In this document: one piece after another, positions 25,887 through 35,800 of the stretch
Layout: every line of letters begins with the position of its first letter
Numbering within the stretch: position 1 is the stretch's first letter
Sequence record: LR535910.1
Reading direction: 5' to 3' (one strand)
Length of the DNA stretch: 64,000 nt
Made by a program: the position numbers and the translations under genes
Notes under the pieces: model-generated
Told to the model about the DNA's origin: nothing
The model's input: the letters and a program-made list of their open reading frames with translations, nothing else
Databases searched by the model: none

Positions 25887-27449
25887 TTAGAACAAATCAT
25901 CACCCATTCCACCGGTGAAGAAGTTGATAGACGACGCTGTTACGGTTTCTTCTTTATCACAATCCCAAGGCAGGATGCCTACATCCTGGAAAGGTATCAC
26001 TGTGTAGTGATAAGATTCTTTAGTATCGATAATGGTGCGGTGTTTACCGCGTTGAACTTCTAAGAAGCTATGGCCGTTGACCACACGCTTGTTAAAATAC
26101 ATTTCACCATCGGCCTCGTTGTCAAGGCTCGAACAACTATCGTAAAGACCACGACCAGGTAAGTTCTTACAGAAGCCTACCGGGTCTAACGCTTTTAAGC
26201 GCTTACCTTCTGGGGAAATCTGGTGTGGGGCAATTAAGAACCCACGGTTGCGTACCACTTGAATGTTACGAGCAATACGATAAATTTCTTTGATATCACT
26301 CCCGGCAATACCGTTGCCGTGTCCTGCTTTGCTGATTGTGCCTAAGTAGTCTGCGCGAATGCCAACAACATGATAACCGCGACGACGTAAGTCGAGAATA
26401 AGGTCGTTGATGTAGTGCACTTTAAAATCGGAGTTGGTGTGCTTTTGGAAAACGTAGTCCCAACCGTTTGCGCGAATCTTACCACAGAGGTAATCAGACA
26501 TTGCTGTTGTGTGTGCTAACTTCTCTTCAGCGGTTGCATCCTGTGCAATGGTCATCTGTGGAACTTGTCCTTCAAAATGACCGTACAGTGCTTGATAGCC
26601 GTAAGCTAAGTTAACGTCGAGTTCGTTTTCTAAACTCAAGTCGAGAATAATTGGTTGCAGTGTGCCCTTCACATCCGCCATTACTTTCTCAGGCGTGTTG
26701 AAGATAGGAATCGACAAGCTCAGTAAGAGACTGAACAAAGACTTACAGTTAAAAGGTAACGCCGGCATTAGCCACAGTTCTTCGGTAATCCCTTTGTTAC
26801 AACCGAGCATTTGGTTAATGGCTTTCCAGCCCGTCTGCAAACCATTACCTGCTGCTTTCTTGTTAATCGAGTCGAACACTTTAACAAACGGAGCCCGATT
26901 ATCTGTAACCAGCTCACCGACCAGTGATGGAATCTTATTATGAGAGCGTTCACCGAACGTAGATAGCGCCTCTTTGAGTTCGAGCACTGCGGTGTTCAGA
27001 TCAACACGTGTCTCAGTTCCATTCAATGCTCCGAACGCTCGACCCATTTTTGTTTTGAGTTCGACGCTCTGTAAACATTGACGTAATTGGAAATAATATT
27101 GAGACAGTTGTCGATTAAGATGCTCGGTACGTTTGTCTTCTTCCTCGGGCAAATCGTCTTCGAGGAATTTGGTAATCGTATCGTATAGAGGACGTACTTG
27201 AGTGGTGGCCAGCTTCAAGCGCTTCATAACGCTCGCGTGGTCGTATTCCATGCCGCCGTCTATGATAGATGTGATAATGTCCTTGATCTCGATGAGTGCA
27301 AAGCGCTCTTCGCCATCTTCCGCATATTCCGGAAGCTTGATCTGCATCAGAACTTTTCTTATGACATCATGATCCTTGCTAGGGTCCGTCAGCATAGATT
27401 CTGTATACAGTGCGGCTAAGGCGGTTATCAACATCATTTTACTATTCAT
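25887..27449 (-). CDS. dnaB: DnaB-like replicative helicase (phiKZ gp118/SPN3US gp73-like)
   Basis: 520 aa; variant Walker A ALPFNCKS, LSLENE, Walker B ADYL, PHQIS, GKHR; position upstream of the capsid cluster. Confidence 0.85.
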   Translation of the reverse strand: MNSKMMLITALAALYTESMLTDPSKDHDVIRKVLMQIKLPEYAEDGEERFALIEIKDIITSIIDGGMEYDHASVMKRLKLATTQVRPLYDTITKFLEDDLPEEEDKRTEHLNRQLSQYYFQLRQCLQSVELKTKMGRAFGALNGTETRVDLNTAVLELKEALSTFGERSHNKIPSLVGELVTDNRAPFVKVFDSINKKAAGNGLQTGWKAINQMLGCNKGITEELWLMPALPFNCKSLFSLLLSLSIPIFNTPEKVMADVKGTLQPIILDLSLENELDVNLAYGYQALYGHFEGQVPQMTIAQDATAEEKLAHTTAMSDYLCGKIRANGWDYVFQKHTNSDFKVHYINDLILDLRRRGYHVVGIRADYLGTISKAGHGNGIAGSDIKEIYRIARNIQVVRNRGFLIAPHQISPEGKRLKALDPVGFCKNLPGRGLYDSCSSLDNEADGEMYFNKRVVNGHSFLEVQRGKHRTIIDTKESYHYTVIPFQDVGILPWDCDKEETVTASSINFFTGGMGDDLF

Positions 27450-27463
27450 GGAGCATCCTTAAA

Positions 27464-27988
27464 ATGCAAATTCGTTTTAGTCCACCGTGGGAAGTTCAAT
27501 CTAACATAGATAAAGGGGCTGGCGTTAAAAAGTTGGAGGAACTCCAAGCAAGCTTCTTTAACTGGTTATATGACTGCTCGTCGGGCTTTAGTTCCATCAT
27601 ACTGCCAGTGAGTGACCCTATTTCGATTTATAAATCGATTATGGCACCACCTGCACTTCCGACTCTTTATTATGACCAGGTCTTAAACCTGGTTGAGAAA
27701 GGTACGAATGAAACCCTTGCTGATTTATATGGGGAATCATTCGACGGTCGTTTACGTTGGGTGTTCTCACAACGTGGCGATGTTGTTGTGGCGTCTTTTG
27801 CAGAAGCTAAATCCGGACCGGGTTTTTCTTTAAGTGAAGACCACGCTGCGAAAAAGATGTTCTGCGCAGAACTTTTTAAATATATGCGTCCCAAGACTCG
27901 TGTCGTGGATGATACGTTCAGTACGTCGACGCAGTTTGCTGCGCACGAAGTGCTGACGCAGTTGTACGCATGTCATTTATCTAAATAA
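27464..27988 (+). CDS. Conserved virion/head protein (SPN3US gp74-like)
   Basis: 174 aa from ATG 27464 with GGAG RBS; directly before the capsid gene. Confidence 0.7.
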   Translation: MQIRFSPPWEVQSNIDKGAGVKKLEELQASFFNWLYDCSSGFSSIILPVSDPISIYKSIMAPPALPTLYYDQVLNLVEKGTNETLADLYGESFDGRLRWVFSQRGDVVVASFAEAKSGPGFSLSEDHAAKKMFCAELFKYMRPKTRVVDDTFSTSTQFAAHEVLTQLYACHLSK

Positions 27989-28000
27989 GGTAAACTTGAA

Positions 28001-30298
28001 ATGAAAGATACCCGTATCGCTAGTCTGGACCAGCTGGTTCAGCAGGGCAATGCTCTGGTCGCTGCTGCCAAGGCAGGCTCTTCCGCTAATGACGTATGGC
28101 AAACCGTAGCCGTTGGCGAATCTGTACGTAAAAATGCTGCCGGCTTCACCAACCTGCGTGACACTGCTCAGCAGCACTACGAAGCTGTAAACCCTGGCAA
28201 AACCATGAGCCACGCTGCTCAGGTTGCTTCTGCGATGATTCTGGCTGCTGCCGGTCACGAAGATGACTTCATGACCCGTGTTGCTGCTGAGAGCGCGAAG
28301 CCGGAATATGCCAGCTACATGCCGATCGCTATTTCTGGTGCAGCATCTCTGGCTGCTGACTACGGTAAAACTCCGCTGGTCGCAACCGAATACTACACCA
28401 ACAAAGACCTGGACAAAAACCTGGGTCTGACCTGGACGCTGAACGTGCGTGCTCTGGAAACTCAATCCAAGTTTGCAGAAACCCTGTTCCCGACCATCAC
28501 TGTGGACACCAACGACGTCGGCATCACCGTTCGTACCAAAGTTACTACTGTAACTCGCGGTATCCTGAACGCCCTGCTGACCAAAGACGTGGTTGAAGAC
28601 AACCGTCAGCCGCTGCATAACGCGCTGTCTAACCACAAAGTCCTGCAGGACGATGCTATCCGTATCGTACCTTACGTGATGGAAACCGGTGAGAACGCGA
28701 AGTTCTTCGTATCCGAAGACATCATCGAAAACGAAAACGTTCAGCTGGGTCGTGTGCCGGCGTATCCGACCAACTACCTGAGCTTCTCTGAACGTCGTCT
28801 GAACCTGTTCCAGCTGTCTGCCCATCCGGGTATCGTGCAGGAAGGTTACGATGAAACCGACGAAATCGCACCGGGTGCGGCGCTGGGTAGCCTGCTGCTG
28901 TCTGTGCGTAAGCCGACTGAAGAAGCGAAAGATGGCGCGCTGATCAAACTGAACGTACGCGACATGCAGTTCGCTACCTTCCAGCGTCCTCCTGAAGGTG
29001 ATGGCCGTGAGCTGGTCCTGCAGTTCCGTCGCACTGTGTTCTCCCTGAACGCCAAGTCTCTGGACTGGAAAGGTGCTGAAATCCCGGCACTGGCCGCTCT
29101 GGCACAGAACGATTACACCATTCGTTATTCCATGAACATCAGCATGTCTCTGTTCACCAACGGTCAGTTCTCTGGTCGTGTTGACGTGACTGCACCGTCT
29201 CTGGAAATCGAAGGTCTGTACGACGCAACTGGTACTGCTGTTGATATCGAAAGCGGCACCGGCAAAGTCATCATCGACAACCTGAAACTGGAGCTGCTGG
29301 GCTGGCGCTTCGACGGTACTCGTACCAACGAGAACCGGAGAACCCAGGGCCTTCTGCTCGACCCGATTTGGGAACAAGAGAACTACAAACTGCAGTACGG
29401 TTCTCCGATCATGACCAAATCTCCGGTTGGCGTTGAATACGACGACACCGAACGTCTGGACGACCTCGTTTCTGCGGTTAACATCCGTAACGAAATGCTG
29501 GCTATCACTCAGACTCTGTCTTACACCGAAGCGGTTAAGAACGCAGCTGCGTCCATGATCACTCCGTGGGACAAACCTGCTATCCGCGGCCTGGGCCGTC
29601 ACTGGGTTGCTCCGTGGTACAGCGAAAGCGACTACGAAGTGGACAAAGTGATCCAGTCTCTGGATACCAAAGATGCGCTCATCAACGCCCGTCAGGGTCT
29701 GGTACAGCGTATCGGTGACCAGGTAACTCGTGCCATTCAGGACTCTCGCTTCATGCCGGCTCTGCGCCTGCTGACCGCGGACCCGAACGCACTGCCGAAA
29801 GTTGTTATCGCAACTGACGAACCGACTGCTGCAATGCTGCTGCTGGTTCAGGGTGACCAGCGTCTGCTGGGCGATCGCTACGAGTACGAAGTTATCACCA
29901 CCAACGATGACCGCTGGCGTGTGAAGAACGAAGCTGACGGCAGCTGGACTCGCCGCCTGCAGTGGGTTCTGAAAGTTCCAACCGCTGATGATGGTTCTTA
30001 CTGTGTTCTGAACTGGGGTAACCACTTCTGGTCTCCGATCATGGTAACCAACATCAACATCCAGCGTAACGGCGCTACCAGCAAAGAGCTGGCAGTACAG
30101 CCTCGTAACGCGCACATCTGCCACTGCCCGATCACTGGTCTGATCTGGATTAAAGGTATCACCAAGTTCGTGGAAGAGAAACTGGCGTTCAACGTCACTA
30201 CTACTTCCAACGGTACCGGCGGTACTGACGGCGGTAATGCTGGTGATGTTGGCGGCGGTACCCAGCCAGGTACTGGCGGTGAAGGCGCTGGCGGCTAA
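28001..30298 (+). CDS. Major capsid protein (phiKZ gp120/SPN3US gp75-like)
   Basis: 765 aa; extreme high-expression codon bias; TAAGG RBS; candidate maturation site VATE near residue 130; position between helicase and RNAP subunit. Confidence 0.9.
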   Translation: MKDTRIASLDQLVQQGNALVAAAKAGSSANDVWQTVAVGESVRKNAAGFTNLRDTAQQHYEAVNPGKTMSHAAQVASAMILAAAGHEDDFMTRVAAESAKPEYASYMPIAISGAASLAADYGKTPLVATEYYTNKDLDKNLGLTWTLNVRALETQSKFAETLFPTITVDTNDVGITVRTKVTTVTRGILNALLTKDVVEDNRQPLHNALSNHKVLQDDAIRIVPYVMETGENAKFFVSEDIIENENVQLGRVPAYPTNYLSFSERRLNLFQLSAHPGIVQEGYDETDEIAPGAALGSLLLSVRKPTEEAKDGALIKLNVRDMQFATFQRPPEGDGRELVLQFRRTVFSLNAKSLDWKGAEIPALAALAQNDYTIRYSMNISMSLFTNGQFSGRVDVTAPSLEIEGLYDATGTAVDIESGTGKVIIDNLKLELLGWRFDGTRTNENRRTQGLLLDPIWEQENYKLQYGSPIMTKSPVGVEYDDTERLDDLVSAVNIRNEMLAITQTLSYTEAVKNAAASMITPWDKPAIRGLGRHWVAPWYSESDYEVDKVIQSLDTKDALINARQGLVQRIGDQVTRAIQDSRFMPALRLLTADPNALPKVVIATDEPTAAMLLLVQGDQRLLGDRYEYEVITTNDDRWRVKNEADGSWTRRLQWVLKVPTADDGSYCVLNWGNHFWSPIMVTNINIQRNGATSKELAVQPRNAHICHCPITGLIWIKGITKFVEEKLAFNVTTTSNGTGGTDGGNAGDVGGGTQPGTGGEGAGG

Positions 30299-30328
30299 TA
30301 ATCCGTAAGGATTACGTTGCCTAAGATT

Positions 30329-30367
30329 AGCTTACTCCCTTCGGGGAGTAAGCTTTTTCTTTTTTTC
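30329..30367 (+). terminator. Intrinsic terminator after capsid gene
   Basis: AGCTTACTCCC-TTCG-GGGAGTAAGCT plus long T-tract. Confidence 0.9.
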
Positions 30368-30374
30368 TAAAAAT

Positions 30375-30399
30375 TTATAGATAGATATTATCTTAGGGA
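30375..30399 (+). promoter_or_regulatory. Early promoter variant
   Basis: TTATAGATAGATATTATCTTAGGGA aligns to the 25-bp consensus. Confidence 0.7.
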
Positions 30400-30433
30400 G
30401 AGAGTCGTTCGGTTTTAACTTAAGGAGACAGTA

Positions 30434-31132
30434 ATGGTAATCAATTTAGAAAAATCAAGATTAGTTGCGCCTATGTTCGACGGCAGAGGATTTATGGCAG
30501 CCGGCTTTTTTGTATCGGAATGTTCTGTTCCCTTCCGTGAAAATTCTGAAGAACCTACTAATTTTTATCTCAGTCACGATGCGGTAAGTGCGATATTGCA
30601 GTGGGTGAGGATGTGGGAACTTCATTTACAAGGTGATGACAGTCTGCGGATGGATTATCCGCAGTTAAATATAAACGGTGTTGTGTTCACTCTATATTCC
30701 ATCGCCGACTACGACTACAATGAGCTGAAAAATATACACCCTAGCCAGGCAACGCAAATATTCGACACCATACGTCAGAACTTCGCGACTGGGTTTACTG
30801 AACGGAAAGATTTGTGGGAAAAAGCCAATCACCCATTTGGTAGTTATTCTGCGGAGTCGTTTAACGTTCTCGGCAGAAGGATGGAGTTTGACTACGATAA
30901 CGCCGCAGTGCGTTATAATTACCAAATCGTGAATCAGCCGATCCCCGCCCCGTATGCGTCTCTCGAGTTAACGATGGTAAAGATAGCCGATGCACTCCTC
31001 TCAGTAGCAAACACGAACACGTATCCGCAAGCTGGATACGAGCTGGGTCTGAAGTTGGGCTTCGGCGACCAGAAGTTGGCTGATTTAACCCGCGACCAAC
31101 TCCGCGAAATAGCCCAACGCCTAATACCCTAA
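30434..31132 (+). CDS. Hypothetical early protein inserted after the capsid gene
   Basis: 232 aa; TAAGGAG RBS; own early promoter; codon usage unlike neighbours. Confidence 0.85.
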   Translation: MVINLEKSRLVAPMFDGRGFMAAGFFVSECSVPFRENSEEPTNFYLSHDAVSAILQWVRMWELHLQGDDSLRMDYPQLNINGVVFTLYSIADYDYNELKNIHPSQATQIFDTIRQNFATGFTERKDLWEKANHPFGSYSAESFNVLGRRMEFDYDNAAVRYNYQIVNQPIPAPYASLELTMVKIADALLSVANTNTYPQAGYELGLKLGFGDQKLADLTRDQLREIAQRLIP

Positions 31133-31138
31133 AGTTTT

Positions 31139-31161
31139 TTACGTTACGGGCACTGGGTATG
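31139..31161 (+). promoter_or_regulatory. TTAC-N15-TATG putative middle promoter
   Basis: TTAC 31139-42, TATG 31158-61; TATG lies inside hairpin GGGCAC-TGGGT-ATGA-ACCC-GTGCCC. Confidence 0.6.
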
Positions 31162-31179
31162 AACCCGTGCCCAAAGTAA

Positions 31180-31204
31180 TCTGAGATAGATATTATCTAC
31201 GTGA
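31180..31204 (+). promoter_or_regulatory. Early promoter variant
   Basis: TCTGAGATAGATATTATCTACGTGA aligns to consensus. Confidence 0.7.
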
Positions 31205-31237
31205 ATAATTCTTTTGGTATTATTACTGGGATGCTCA

Positions 31238-32242
31238 ATGAACCGTTATGATTTAGACGTTCAGCCAACGCTAACCCAGCGGCCCATGCACCGTGGTGCC
31301 GTGTCGAAGACTATCACGTACGAAAATAATACCGGGTTTCCCATTTACGTCACTGAACTCAGTGGCGGGCATTTTGTTTTAGCCCCGTCGTCCACCACAG
31401 CGGCGGAATTTGGGATTGTTATTTACGTGACCTATACGGTGTTTGCGAACGGTGCTAACCTATCTGGTTTGCGCGACGCACATTCGCCAAAGCAGTATGC
31501 GCAGATATGTAAGGAATTAACTACGAACGGCGAAACAACGCTGATGTATGTAGTTGATGATATCGGTGCGTTAATGCGAGGCGACTTGGTGGTGTTGAAG
31601 AAGCTAGGAATGGCTTTCTCTACCCAACCAGTAAAACTCGATTCTGAGGTTATTGGTAAGCCAGGAGGGGATCGTAAAGAATTTGCCTTGGGCGTGGTAG
31701 TTGTGCAGAAGTACGAAGACCCAGCACCTTTAAAATGGCTGAGGTTCTATACAACGATGTTGGAAGTCGAACCGATTCGATCGAAGTATTACGACGAGGG
31801 TATTTACATGGTAATCGGTGGTGCGGAGTGCGTCGAAGGGGGTAAGATGATAATGTACTCTTTCGATGACCCGATGTCCCCGTTCCGGGCGTTTGCATCT
31901 GAAGATGAAGCGAGGCGTTATCGGTGGCTCGATAACATTCCAGAGTTGCGAGATGTTCGTGCGAAGCTGGAAGCCACGTATCAGGCCAAGTTGCAAGATC
32001 TCGATGAGAAAAAGAATCGGCAAGACCTCGATTATCGTACACAACTTAATAATCTGGCGCTAGAGAAGGAGAGGATTAACACCCTTAACACAATCCAGAC
32101 GAATGAGCTTAAGTTGCGTTCCGATGTTCGTAAAGACCAATACGAGTCCCGAGCTTATCAGCGAAAAGATAGCTCGGAGTTCTTGAAATCCATTCCCGCG
32201 TATTTGGCTGCAGGGGTAGCACTCGTTGGGATGATTCTCTGA
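31238..32242 (+). CDS. Conserved hypothetical protein with C-terminal coiled coil (phiKZ gp122/SPN3US gp76-like)
   Basis: 334 aa from ATG 31238; coiled-coil and hydrophobic C-terminus. Confidence 0.75.
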   Translation: MNRYDLDVQPTLTQRPMHRGAVSKTITYENNTGFPIYVTELSGGHFVLAPSSTTAAEFGIVIYVTYTVFANGANLSGLRDAHSPKQYAQICKELTTNGETTLMYVVDDIGALMRGDLVVLKKLGMAFSTQPVKLDSEVIGKPGGDRKEFALGVVVVQKYEDPAPLKWLRFYTTMLEVEPIRSKYYDEGIYMVIGGAECVEGGKMIMYSFDDPMSPFRAFASEDEARRYRWLDNIPELRDVRAKLEATYQAKLQDLDEKKNRQDLDYRTQLNNLALEKERINTLNTIQTNELKLRSDVRKDQYESRAYQRKDSSEFLKSIPAYLAAGVALVGMIL

Positions 32243-32253
32243 GGGAGGCCGGT

Positions 32254-34032
32254 GTGTTTAAAGATGCGATTAGGAAGATTAAAGAGGCAGGCGAAATAGT
32301 GCCTTTTAATCGTGCAATTGCAGAAGGAGTTGGGTACACACAAGCTAAAGATGGGATACATGATCGTGTGGCAACCATTCTACGTCGTGAGTTGACGTAT
32401 GATGAAATCGATAATCCGAAATTACCAGAAGGGTTAACGGTATTAGGTTGTCGCCAAATGTCGCCGTTTGAAGCTTTTATCTTTAAGTTATCGAAGTCGG
32501 ATAACAATTCACGAAATAATCGTGGCCGGTCAATTATTAACATCTCATCCACTGACACGTATATGGTAATGGCCTCGTTCCGAGTTCCAGGTGATCCTCG
32601 CCCGGTACAACGACCAATGAGCCTGCCGTTTATTCGTCGTGGCGGCTTAATGAACTACTATGGTACAACGTACCACGTAGCACCTGTAATCCATCAACCT
32701 GGTATATGTCGTGAGCACGGTGGTATCTTTATTAACTTTGACTTCACACGCAAGGTGTCTATCAAGTTCTGTAAGAAACCAACGAAGATTCTGGTGAATG
32801 GTCGCCCTGAGCAGCTGTTCTTGCCAGGTACATCGAATCTGTTTGTCTCAACTGGACAGATTGGACACGACACCGATGAGAAGCCACTGATGTATTGGCT
32901 CTTTGGGCGTTATGGCTTTAAACAAGCCGTGAAGCGTTATGCGGGCGTTGATGTGACGATTTGGCCAGCGATTAAAGTACGTGATGTGGACTTAACGAAG
33001 TATGTGGTGATTCAATCTGGTGAGCCACAACTCGCGAAGACCATCCAGTACGTACTGTTGGTTAAACGTGAAGATATGCCTAACACCGATGCAGGGCGTT
33101 GGGATCAAAACGAACATCTGTTGCTGGTAGCGACTGCCGCATTCTTCAAAGCGGCGCACTATTACGCAGGTAAACAGAACAGTAAGAACGGTCGTGCACC
33201 AACACTGCCGGGGCTGTTTACACAGATTAATGAAATGGCAATGGACGAAGATATTGCAAACCTCAACTCTGCAGCGTCTTGGCGTGAAGTGTTGGGCCGC
33301 AGTATTCGCGGACTGAAGCCTTCGGATATCGAACTGAGTCGCAGTATGGACAGCCACTTCCAGGAATGTGAACGCTATGTCAACAGCACCTTCCGTGGTG
33401 AGCTGATGGCAAACGATCCGTCCATCCCTGATGATTTGGATATGTTTGATTTCCTCTGGTATACCACGCAGCTGATGGTACGCACTCGACTTACCAAGCA
33501 AGATGATATTCCGTCTATGTACGGAAAACGTCTCACGGTAACCGATTACTTACTGTTGGGCCAACGTGGCTTTACCACAACGATCTCGAAAATACGTTGG
33601 AAGCTGGGGCAGTTGGAACATCGGACTCCAGAGACAGCGGCGAAGTCTATTCGAGACGCACTGAACAAACAGATCGTGCTCAATCTGGTGATGCGCACCA
33701 TTACGAGCAACGGCGGTATCAGTTTCTTCAATGCCTCTACAGAATCAATGGTATTGGCAGTGTCTACGCACGCCATCGGTCAAACCGAAACCGATGCTAA
33801 GCGTTCGAAGAAAGGAGGCAAGACCGTTAACTTGAACGACCGTACTAAGCACGCATCCGCGTCGCATCTGGAATGTGGTAACGTCTATTATATTCCTAAG
33901 TCGGCACCGTTTAAGGCGAACATCCTCAACCCGTACATGAAGACCAACCCAAGTTTGGTAATGATGCGGAATCCTAAACTGGACCCGTACATCAGACCGA
34001 CCGAAGAAGACATTGCTAAAATCGGCCGCTAA
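32254..34032 (+). CDS. Non-virion RNA polymerase beta subunit, N-terminal part (phiKZ gp123/SPN3US gp77-like)
   Basis: 592 aa; GGGAGG RBS, GTG start; LPFIRRGGLMNYYGTTYHVAPVI and HASHLECG resemble split RpoB segments; two genes after capsid as in phiKZ. Confidence 0.8.
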   Translation: MFKDAIRKIKEAGEIVPFNRAIAEGVGYTQAKDGIHDRVATILRRELTYDEIDNPKLPEGLTVLGCRQMSPFEAFIFKLSKSDNNSRNNRGRSIINISSTDTYMVMASFRVPGDPRPVQRPMSLPFIRRGGLMNYYGTTYHVAPVIHQPGICREHGGIFINFDFTRKVSIKFCKKPTKILVNGRPEQLFLPGTSNLFVSTGQIGHDTDEKPLMYWLFGRYGFKQAVKRYAGVDVTIWPAIKVRDVDLTKYVVIQSGEPQLAKTIQYVLLVKREDMPNTDAGRWDQNEHLLLVATAAFFKAAHYYAGKQNSKNGRAPTLPGLFTQINEMAMDEDIANLNSAASWREVLGRSIRGLKPSDIELSRSMDSHFQECERYVNSTFRGELMANDPSIPDDLDMFDFLWYTTQLMVRTRLTKQDDIPSMYGKRLTVTDYLLLGQRGFTTTISKIRWKLGQLEHRTPETAAKSIRDALNKQIVLNLVMRTITSNGGISFFNASTESMVLAVSTHAIGQTETDAKRSKKGGKTVNLNDRTKHASASHLECGNVYYIPKSAPFKANILNPYMKTNPSLVMMRNPKLDPYIRPTEEDIAKIGR

Positions 34033-34063
34033 TTATTACATCTCTTAAGGAGTATTATTTACA

Positions 34064-35734
34064 ATGAGCATTACTGTTGAACAAATCAAAAACGTCATCG
34101 TTAAACACCTCGATCAGGACGCGGTACTGTCGCAGTTGAATAACGTGATGCGTAGTCGTAGCATTCCGCCAGATCAGGCGTTAAAGATTGCGACGTATGT
34201 TGCGGCATGGGCAGCATCCAAAGGGGGTAGTGAAGCACAGGTTATCGCATATGCAGTCGATGCGTATAAAGCAGCTGCCTATCAGCAGGTGCATAACGCA
34301 GGCGACGCGTATAACGACGATCGTCACACCAAACTGGTTAATGCTTGGGAACAAGTCGGTAAGATTCTTGCCGAAATTCGTTCTCAGCAGTCCGGCGGTT
34401 TGGGTGGCAGTGGTGGTTTAGGTGGTGGTAGCAACGCAGGCGGGTTACTGGGCGGTAACAGTTCTGGCGGTGTGCGTGTTACTGATGGCTTGACCATGTC
34501 TTCTGCGCCATCCGGTGGTGTTAAGATTGGTAACACGGATGCGGCACTAACCGTGATTGCTGGCGGCGCAGGTCTTAACCTGGTCAGTGATCCTATTCTG
34601 AACCCACAACCGGCGCAAGTAGCCCCAGCACAACAGCCCCAGCCTGAACCAGCACCGGTGCCTGTACAACCAATGCCGGTGTCTAATGCTACAGTTAATA
34701 ACCCAGTGCTTTCCCCACTCGGCGCAACAGAAGAAACCGAGAAGGACACTACCAATGGCCCAATTAACAACATTCTGCAGGAGATTGATTTGATGGAAGA
34801 CTACGCACTTCACGAGCTGAAAACCCCCGAGCTTAAAATGTCGATTCCAGCGAAGGAAGCTAACAGTCGCATTAAGCAATCTGTTTACGCGGAAACGCGT
34901 GATTGGGCTACACCGTTGCAAGATATCTTTAACGGTAATGAAGAGGTTGTTTTCTACGACGGGGCTGACCTGATTGTGCGTGCACGGGATAGTTATCGCG
35001 CGTATCTGGTCGGTGTTAACACTGATATGTGCGAACGCATGAAGCAATTTGTTGCTAAGCACGACGCACTGAAATCCGATCTCGACAGCCTGGCGTTGGT
35101 AGAAGATGTTGAAACTATCATGGCTAAGGTGAAGCGTACGATCGATGAACTGCGTAAGAACACGAAAGAACTGCACGAATATGCGATTGCGAACAGCAGC
35201 GAAGCAGAAGTGGTTATCAGTGAAATTTCTCGCTTTGCTAATGCGTACCTGGCGAATATCACTTTCCTGGTACACAACGCGCTGTCGCTGGGCACTAAGC
35301 GCGGTAAAGATGTGCCGAAGTTCAAAGCTATCGATTTCGAACGGAAAATCAGCGATATTGATTTCTTCGTAAAAGATCTGTTCACAGCAACCGCTGGCGA
35401 CAACGGTGTAAGTGAATATGAAGACTGGTTCCGTGACCTGTTCTTGATGGTAGCGAACTCTCTGCGCAAGCTGACTATCAAGCTGAGCGATTCTGGCAAG
35501 GTGGTTAATCTGATTCAGAGCCAGTTCACCATCGTGATTCCAGGCATGTACCATTCTGTTGATAAACACGACGTAGTTACGGTAGCGTCTCTAGGCAATA
35601 CCGCAGACCCAGTTGTGTCTATCTACGAGGCTGTGCAGGAAAACGTGCCACATGCAATCGTATTGATGCAGCTGCCGCAGCACACTTACCTGCTTCTGAG
35701 CAATGGTGAGAAAACTGCACCAGTGTTGTACTAA
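34064..35734 (+). CDS. Conserved hypothetical protein with Gly- and Pro/Gln-rich linker (SPN3US gp78-like)
   Basis: 556 aa; TAAGGAG RBS; low-complexity region at about residues 105-230. Confidence 0.85.
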   Translation: MSITVEQIKNVIVKHLDQDAVLSQLNNVMRSRSIPPDQALKIATYVAAWAASKGGSEAQVIAYAVDAYKAAAYQQVHNAGDAYNDDRHTKLVNAWEQVGKILAEIRSQQSGGLGGSGGLGGGSNAGGLLGGNSSGGVRVTDGLTMSSAPSGGVKIGNTDAALTVIAGGAGLNLVSDPILNPQPAQVAPAQQPQPEPAPVPVQPMPVSNATVNNPVLSPLGATEETEKDTTNGPINNILQEIDLMEDYALHELKTPELKMSIPAKEANSRIKQSVYAETRDWATPLQDIFNGNEEVVFYDGADLIVRARDSYRAYLVGVNTDMCERMKQFVAKHDALKSDLDSLALVEDVETIMAKVKRTIDELRKNTKELHEYAIANSSEAEVVISEISRFANAYLANITFLVHNALSLGTKRGKDVPKFKAIDFERKISDIDFFVKDLFTATAGDNGVSEYEDWFRDLFLMVANSLRKLTIKLSDSGKVVNLIQSQFTIVIPGMYHSVDKHDVVTVASLGNTADPVVSIYEAVQENVPHAIVLMQLPQHTYLLLSNGEKTAPVLY

Positions 35735-35741
35735 GTAATAC

Positions 35742-35775
35742 GGAGACCTTCGGGTCTCCTATTATTATTTTTTTA
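35742..35775 (+). terminator. Intrinsic terminator
   Basis: GGAGACC-TTCG-GGTCTCC plus AT/T tail. Confidence 0.85.
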
Positions 35776-35800
35776 TTCTATCGTGAAAAGGAGTATTAAA

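Noticed and set aside
27977-30124. 715-aa antisense ORF opposite the capsid gene
   Set aside because: Shadow of the strong codon bias of a highly expressed gene; no RBS or motifs, unnatural composition
34547-35569. 340-aa antisense ORF
   Set aside because: Fully inside a well-supported plus-strand CDS; no independent signals
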